Below, in pieces: positions 55,830-64,000 of a stretch of DNA of 64,000 nt (the stretch's first letter is position 1; every line of letters starts with the position of its first letter). The position numbers and the translations under genes were made by a program. Under the pieces are notes generated by a model. It worked only from the letters and a program-made list of their open reading frames with translations. It was not told where the DNA came from and searched no databases. The stretch is from Octopus vulgaris. Its lineage: Eukaryota. Where the stretch lies: NCBI GenBank assembly GCA_951406725.2, contig OX597818.1:102362001-102426000 (forward strand), given 5' to 3'.

Positions 55830-56278
55830 GTATTGAAAGTGTTATGCGTAGGATGTGTGCAGTGCCCACTAGTGCAATTTTCTGTATGTTATATATATTT
55901 GTAATTCATGTTGCTTTTGTTATGTATTTGTCTGAATATTTTTTATCATACCTAATGCGTCTACTATGATAGGATGTGTTCTTTTAGATTCTATATTCGA
56001 GTTACCTCTATATCAAGGTCATTGTATTTTGAAAGTTTCTCCATTTATTTTAGAGAAACGTCGTCATCTCCAGGTATTCATATATCAATTACAAAGCATG
56101 TTTTTCCTCGTGATCTCTGACAACTATATCTGGCATATTGGCGTTTTTTCTCTACCTTTGTGTATTGACACAACCCAGAGTAAGGTTGCTTTCTCGTTTT
56201 CTGTGACCTTTTCTGATGTGTGCCGATACCATCTTATTTCGGTTGTTATTCCATAATGACGGCATAGCTTCCAGTGCA
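55829..56278 (-). mobile_element. Dong/R4-like LINE 3' fragment
   Basis: HWKLCRHYGITTE...; colinear with neighbouring copies. Confidence 0.85.
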
Positions 56279-56287
56279 TTATTGTTG

Positions 56288-56377
<90 letters not shown>

Positions 56378-57855
56378 GTATATGTTTGACTTTTGCTTTA
56401 TATTTGTACACGTTGGCTCCAAGTCTCACCCGGAGACCTCAAGAGACAACAGGTTGGAAGTTCACGTTGTTGTTATACCTAGTGTGCCATATATTTGGTT
56501 GTTTTTTGTGCTGTACTGGTGTATGTCTAAAAAAATGTTTGTTTTATACCTTGAGATTGCATAGAAAGTATTTTGCGTAGGATATGAGCAGTTCCCATGA
56601 GCACTATCTTTTGAATTTCTGCCATTTTTGGGTTTCCTGGTATCTGAGTTAGGTAGCAATCAGCCCCTTTTGCTATCATTTCCAGGGCACCTATGACAAC
56701 AGGTATTGTTTCAGTCTTCAGGTTCCACATTTTGCTGACTTCTATTTCAAGATCTTTATATTTGCTCAGTTTTTTGTAGGTCTTGACAGATACGTTTATA
56801 TCGATTGGGACAGTCATATCAATGAGAAAGCATTTCTTTGTTTGATTTCTTTCAATATGATGTCCGGCCTATTTGCATCTATCTTTCTGTCCGTTTGAAT
56901 GGTGAAGTTCCAGAGGAGTGAGATGTGGTCATTTTCAAGCACTGGGGGTGGCTTGTGTTCCCACCAGTTTTTTTCATGGGGCAAATCCAGGTTTTTGCAG
57001 ATTACCCTGTGAATATATTGTGCAGCTCTATCATGCCTGTTGAGATACTCTGTAGACGCTAGAAGACTGCACTCGGAGACAACATGATCAATGGTTTCAT
57101 TTTGTTGCTGGCATACACGACACGTTGGGCTACTGCTGACTTTAATATGTTGGCCTAGTAGTTTCTTGTTGGTAGGCATTGATCTTGAGCTGCTATGATA
57201 AACCCCTCTGTTTCATATTTTAAGCAAGAGGCCATTAGCCATTGATGGGTCAGGGCTTTGTCAACATTTGCATTATCCGCTCTCTTTGGGTATTTGCTAT
57301 AGAGAGGTTTTTCTTGCCATTTATTATTCAGAATATCTAAGGCCGCAGATTTAGCACGGGTTTTCATACGCTTAGCTTTTTCTATGCCTGTTTCTTGTAT
57401 GTCTATCTCTAATTCCGAAATTTGTTATATTCGGAATTCACTTAGATATTCCTTTGCCTGTTTTGTTACTGAGTATGAGGCTTTCTTGTTTTCATGTTTT
57501 GAGACAAGTTTTAACATCCAGTCCTCAGAGTTTTTCAGGTAGGTGTCTAGGCCAATTGTAGCAATCTTCATTGTTACTGCCAGTTGTAAAAGTCCGCGGC
57601 CTCCCTCTTTTCCTGGCAGATAAAGTCGTTCTGTATCTGACTTAGGGTGGTGCAGTCTATGCATTGTCAACAGTTTTCGTATTTTTCTGTCAAGATTACA
57701 TATTTCAGTAATTGACCAGTTAACGATATTGAAACAGTAAGTCATGATTGGTATGGCTAATACATTGATCGCTTCGATCCTCTTTCTCGCATTCAGCTCT
57801 GTCTTGACTATTGCTCTTACTCTGCGATAACATTCTCTCCTGATCCTTTCCTTCC
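56378..57855 (-). mobile_element. Second Dong/R4 family, longer 3' fragment (RT C-terminus, CCHC, REL)
   Basis: LDRKIRKLLTMHRLHHPKSDTERLYLPGKEGGRGL; ETEGFIIAAQDQ; CRVCQQQNETIDHVVSEC; ANRPDII; IPVVIGAL; different 3' UTR from the first family. Confidence 0.93.
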
Positions 57856-57884
57856 GTTCCCTTTCCTTTCCTTCCCTTCCCTTA

Positions 57885-57946
<62 letters not shown>

Positions 57947-57949
<3 letters not shown>

Positions 57950-58162
57950 TAGTTTTATTTTTATAGCGTGCTTTCACTTCACTACCGAGCACAGCTCTGT
58001 GTGCCTTGGGTATGTGCTGTGATTTGTTGTGATGCTCTGATGGTTATTGTATGGAAAGTGTTCTGCGTAGGATGTGTGCAGTGCCTAGTAGTGCAATTTT
58101 CTGTATGTTATATGTGTTTGTAAGTCCTGGTGTTTTTGTTGTTATGTATTTGTCAGAATATG

Positions 58163-58165
<3 letters not shown>
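57947..58165 (-). mobile_element. Dong/R4-like LINE, very short 3' end
   Basis: Near-identical to 58259-58470 and 54861-55075. Confidence 0.9.
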
Positions 58166-58239
<74 letters not shown>

Positions 58240-58258
58240 CATTATTATTATTATTATT

Positions 58259-59266
58259 CAGTAGTTTTATTTTTATAGCGTGCTTTCACTTCACTACCGA
58301 GCACAGCTCTGTGTGCCTTGGGTATGTGCTGTGATTTGTTGTGATGCTCTGATGGTTATTGCATGGAAAGTGTTCTGCGTAGGATGTGTGCAGTGCCTAG
58401 TAGTGCAATTTTCTGTATGTTATATGTGTTTGTAAGTCCTGGTGTTTTTGTTATATATTTGTCTGAATATTTTGTTATCATGCCTAATGCACCTACTATG
58501 ATAGGAATTGTTTCTGTTTTTAGATTTCACATTCTGGTTACCTCTACTTCCAGGTTTTTGTATTTTGAGAGTTTCTCCATTTCTTTTAGAGACACGTTGT
58601 CATCTGCCGGTATTGATACATCAATTAGAAAGCATTTTTTTTTCTTCATGATCTCTGACAACTATATCTGGTCTGTTGGCCTTAATTTCTCTATCTGTGT
58701 GTATCGGCATATCCCAGAGTATGGTTACTTTCTCGTTTCTGTGACCTTTTCTGGTGTGTGCCTATACCATCTTTTTTCTGTTGTTATTCCATAATGTTGG
58801 CATAGCTTCCAATGTATGTAGGTTCCAACTCTGCCATGTCTGTGAATATATTCCTTCTTAGCCAAGACTGGGCAGCTAGAGATAATATGATTTATTGTTT
58901 CTTGTCCATCTCCACATATTCTGCAGTTACTTGTAATATTTCTTTTCATAACATGTTTTTGGTAATTTCTGGTGGGGAGGCTTTGGTCTTGTGCTGCAAT
59001 TAAAAATCCCTCTGTTTATGCTTTGAGTCCTGAGCTTCTCAACCATTGCTGGGATTTTTCTTTGTCTATTTCTTTTGCGTTTAGTTTAGTCCAGTATTTA
59101 CCACGAAGGGGCTTTTCTTGCCATCGTTTTATCATGGTTCGTTGCTGTTCTATTTTTAGTTTGGATTTCATTTGTTTTATAGCTTTTGTTGTTTCTTCAT
59201 CTTCTTCTTCTTCTTCATGTTTATTACGTGGTATGATTTCTTGTTTGTATTCGTCAGCTTCCTTAA

Positions 59267-59267
<1 letters not shown>
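58259..59267 (-). mobile_element. Dong/R4-like LINE 3' end
   Basis: CRICGDGQETINHIISSCPVLAKKEYIHRH; REL motif; TAA tracts on both sides. Confidence 0.92.
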
Positions 59268-59325
<58 letters not shown>

Positions 59326-59333
59326 CATTATCA

Positions 59334-59399
<66 letters not shown>

Positions 59400-62209
59400 C
59401 ATTATTATTATCATTATTATTACTATTGTTATTATTATTATCATCATCATCATCATCGTCATCATCATCATCATCATCATCATTACTATTATTATTACTT
59501 CATACACGCAGAAGATATTTAATTGCTGGAAAAGAAACATTTCTTATATCAGGCTACAAGTAACCTTTGATGCCAAGAACCTTCCTATGTATCCTTTATT
59601 ATTATTGGTGTTGTTATTGTGGTTGTTGTTCTGGTAATACATTTTAATTTAGTTAGAAGTTCGTTTATCTTGATATTTGGTGAAAACAAGCCTCTTAAAA
59701 TCTCAACTATCCTTCTTATGATTTTTGTGCAGGACAAATATATGCTTCAATTGGAATCACTTTTATTCTTTCGCATTTTTGGTGCTCAGACGAATGCCCC
59801 GATTGCTACGGGCTTTCCTCGCATTTCTCATTAGATGCAGTATATTTCTCAATGTGTTTCAATTTCGTTAGTACTGAGTCTTGTGTCGAAATCACTGTCA
59901 ACCTTCAAGTCGTAAAAGTTAAACATTTACTGTACTCAAACTATGGAGTAACTTTTCGATCGAATGTGAAATAACTTATGCGTGCGTATGTATACTCATA
60001 AATGTATATGTGCATGCGTATGCGTGTGTGTGCCTGAGTGTATTCACGAGTGTTTAATAATATGTATTTATATACGAATTAATGTGTAAGAGCTGGCAAT
60101 ATTTGTGAAAGATGTTTTTAGCAATAAAATTGACATAATACTTAAACACATTATGATACCCACAGATATAATATTCAGAGAAATTAAACAATTCAGAAAT
60201 GGACACAAGATAAACAGTGCCTTTTTTTCAAAGTACATCGAAACTAAATCGATTCTAGATATTTACTCAGAGAGAGCTTAAAGGAATATATTAAAAATAA
60301 GTGCTTATGTATATTTCAATATGTTTGTTTATTGTTTGTGTTCTGTACATTTATCTTCTTGTTCATGCAACAGTTTGTGATTTTTGTATTGCGGGTGGTA
60401 TGAAATAACGCGTCATTATAGACTAGAAGCTATGCGTTTAAAGAAAATATACTGTAGAATTTATCTGTTTTGCCCTTTAGCCATAAATATCTCGTTGAAG
60501 AGTTGCCTGCTTATTTGCAATTTGCGATTTTTTATTAAATATTTTGTTTTGTTTTGTCTTTTTGTTTTGCTTTTTATTTTTTGTTTTGCAGATTAATTTT
60601 CTCTTTGATCTTTCAAGTAACTAGAAGTTATTTTAAACTGTTTCAATATTTGCTTTAATTCCTAATATATCCCAAACAAATAGATGATCTTTTTTTTCTT
60701 CTTTCATGAAATTTATTGTGATTACAAACATTAGAACATAAAATATGGTCCTAAGGTTAATACTAATACAATAATTTAATATAATTTTCTTTTGTTCTCA
60801 AAATGTCAACAGTTGATGCTTATTAGATTCCGGCATTGAATTGATTTCTGTTAAGTGAATAATTTTGATGAGGAACAAATAATTTCCTTTTAAATAGTTT
60901 GATCAATGTAAATTTTACTTAAAATGATAGTAATTCCAACTATGTATTCTTTAATCAGCCGGTGATAAAAATCCAGATTGTTTGTAATAGAGAGATATGA
61001 TAGTGTAACATAATAAATTTTGTCGATAAGTACGTATGAGTTTTAGCGCAAGTATATGTGCCTGCATGTGCGCCAGTGTGTGTATTTACTATATTTCTGT
61101 GTGCACTTGTTATTATTTATTTTAAAACTTCAAATGATCGAGAAATAAGTGATGATTTCCAATAAGAACAGTCACTAATTTTCTGGCGGACATAGTTTAT
61201 AAAACAATTCCGACGGCTTCACACGTATTCTCGTTGAAACCAGCGTTTTCAAAGAGAACACTGACGCCTGCATTATTCACCGCAGAAAATTAATGAAGGT
61301 GAGTATTAAAATGTGTTTGTCCGAAGTCTTAAAGAAAATGATTATTTGCTGCCGTCATCTCAATCTACCTGTAATTTTATTGTTCATTATATATATTATA
61401 TCAGTGATTCTGATAAGCCAATATATTTAGTGCAGGCACTACAGTGAAATAACCCAGATATTCTCTGTATGCGTGTTCAAAGATCAAGTGGTGCAACACA
61501 GATTACAAAGACTATTTCGTATTACTAAGAACACAGCATGAAAACAGCTGCAGAGTATTAATCATAAAAAGTAGGAAATCGCTTTGTATATAGATGGATG
61601 TAAGATAATGCTAAGTGAAATATTGAATCCATAGGTACTGGTGTTATAATTTCAGAATTAACATAAAATATATGTTATATGGTCTTCTTATATTATTGAA
61701 AACTACTACTTTCGGACTACGTGTTGAAATACCACCACTGATTATTCAGCAAATCATGTGATAATTCGGTTCAGTATAGAGAACGAAATGTACTTGAATA
61801 ACCTACATTTCAGCAATTATTTTCCAGTCTTACTTGACTCGTATATATCCACTAACGCTCATTCTACTTCACATCTGTTTCCTTTGTAACATCCAAATTG
61901 GTAAATTGCCAGCAAAACCGTTTGTAATAATTCTTTCTGTCTCAGTATATTCTTCATTCCTCACGCGGCTGGTTATTTACAGTAACACACATCATTTGGG
62001 TGTCTATAATATAGGTTTCAAAATTTGCTTACTTTACCTGATAAATTTAAGGCTAAGAATAGTCGCTTGGTTCTTGAGTCTGTGTTACAGAGAGTGTAGA
62101 GTAAAAAGTAATAAATAAAGGAAGCATAATAAAATTATAGATGCAATTATATGGAAATATACGAAAAGATATATACATAAACAGAGCTAATTATATATAC
62201 TGAGAATTA

Positions 62210-62390
62210 ACAAAAAAGAAAAGTCGAAGACGGGTGTGTAAGCAACAAACGGATGTATTAGTTTAACGCTACGGAAGTCAGAAAGTGTTTTACATTTCGA
62301 GCCTACGCTCTTCGACAGGCTGGAACACAGAAAAAAGCTGGGAGAGAAAATAGCCAAAAGGTATAGTGGCTAGAGATCTTTCATAGCGAA
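62210..62390 (-). mobile_element. pLTR-like repeat with a variant hammerhead core
   Basis: Minus 62318-62295: CUGUCGA-A-GAGC(guag)GCUC-GAAA. Confidence 0.5.
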
Positions 62391-62901
62391 TGATATATAA
62401 TCATATGTACCTTGAACATGATCTAAAATTTTATTTCGCTTTCATTTTCTCTTGCTTAGTACACAAAATTGTATATGCTATGTCTGTGCGTTTGTACAGA
62501 TTACAGTATGCAGCACATTTAGTTTGATGCGGAGGAACATGTGTGACACGTACGTGTTGAATCATTATGTTGTGTTATTATTACGTTAAAGCTAAATATT
62601 AGTTAACAATGGGCTGCACAAGCATACAAGCATCGATTTTGGATTTTAATGACAGTGAAAGTGATATTTCTACCCCTGATCAGCATTATCCCAATGCAAC
62701 ATTTCTGCTGACCGATATGAACAATATGTGTAGTTAACCTTATTTTAATACAATTGGTTGTTGTTTATACTATTGTTGCATATGCTCCAGGTCGTTATTT
62801 TTTGTATTATACATACTTACGTGCACATACATGCACTTACATATGGTAATGTGCTACCAAGTATGTATGTATGTATATACATACATACATATATATTTAT
62901 A

Positions 62902-62955
<54 letters not shown>

Positions 62956-63005
62956 TATAGTGGTTTTGTCTCGAATTATATTATATATATATATATATAT
63001 ATATA

Positions 63006-63642
63006 TGATACAAAATGGGACAAGAACGCAAGACATCTGGACAGCTAGGTGATACAAAAAGGGACAACAAATTATCCAGATAGACGATACAAAGAAAACA
63101 AGGACTGGTCATTAGAAGTTTTCTTTCCTCAGTCAAGCACCAGATTACCCTCGCAATTTCGGCTGATTATTCTTGAGATTGCTTCAATCTGGCCAGCCCC
63201 CCGAAATCTAAATAAGAGTATTAGATTCCTTGGAAGGAAGCACCGGATCTATACAAAAACAAGGACGGAAAAAAGCGGACAATGTTGCCCAAATATAAAT
63301 ACAGTAAAAATACAACAAAATGATAATAGAACATAACGACAGGTGTATTTCGACTAAGGCCGAATTGAATTAAGCTGGCGCGTGTGGAAATGGAGCCTTA
63401 CGGTAGATATACAAAAGTTTCATAAACACAGGGAAGAATATCGATATTGCTCGGACAACAATCAAACAAAGGAAGAAAGAACAGGCTTAGTCGAGGCAGT
63501 AACGTGGGAAGAGAAGAGAGGGAAGTAGAAACAGAGGAACAGAAGAATTATGGAGGTGCGAGGAAAAATGACAGGAATACAGTGAAATGAAAAGAGCCGC
63601 ACAAGATTTAGAAAAATGTGCACTTACAAATAAGAGACCAAA

Positions 63643-63723
<81 letters not shown>

Positions 63724-63780
63724 TTATTTATATATATATATATGCGACAAGAATGCAAAACATCCGGACAGCTAGGTGAC
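63006..63780. mobile_element. Interspersed element with partial terminal direct repeat
   Basis: gacaagaacgcaagacatctggacagctaggtga at ~63019-63052 recurs at ~63746-63779; bounded by TA tracts. Confidence 0.4.
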
Positions 63781-63781
63781 A

Positions 63782-63829
<48 letters not shown>

Positions 63830-63956
63830 AATCCAAACATGAACAAGCAAGAAAAACAACGCGAGAATCCCATATACAAGCGTATATACTTACCTCTTTA
63901 TATGCAATAGAGTTACATATACTCTATGTATATGCATACACATATATAAATAAACA

Positions 63957-63990
<34 letters not shown>

Positions 63991-64000
63991 CATATATATA

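Noticed and set aside
63105-63140. Minus-strand CTGAGGA-AAG(aaaa)CTT
   Set aside because: GAAA box absent in this copy.

Overview
AT-rich, repeat-dense eukaryotic DNA with no confidently supported host exon. The (TA)n/(TAA)n microsatellites and recurring tRNA-derived SINE families suggest an octopus/cephalopod genome (inference). Most ORFs in the track are microsatellite artefacts. Real coding remnants are all retroelements: a frameshifted Penelope-like RT + GIY-YIG element (4.1-6.2 kb), an internally deleted HERO/R2-group element (13.2-14.2 kb), RTE-clade fragments, and a co-oriented stack of Dong/R4 3' ends nested in (TAA)n (51.4-59.3 kb). There are also SINEs, Helitron-like elements and MITEs. 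The most interesting signal is RNA structure. (1) A ~353-bp hairpin-rich unit, repeated in tandem and inverted (2136-3527), carries canonical minimal hammerhead ribozymes; one longer copy carries a second, different hammerhead on the opposite strand. (2) A diverged homolog at ~19 kb shows compensatory base changes. (3) The HERO 3' UTR holds a ~110-nt pseudoknotted RNA with all conserved hammerhead core nucleotides in a non-standard topology.
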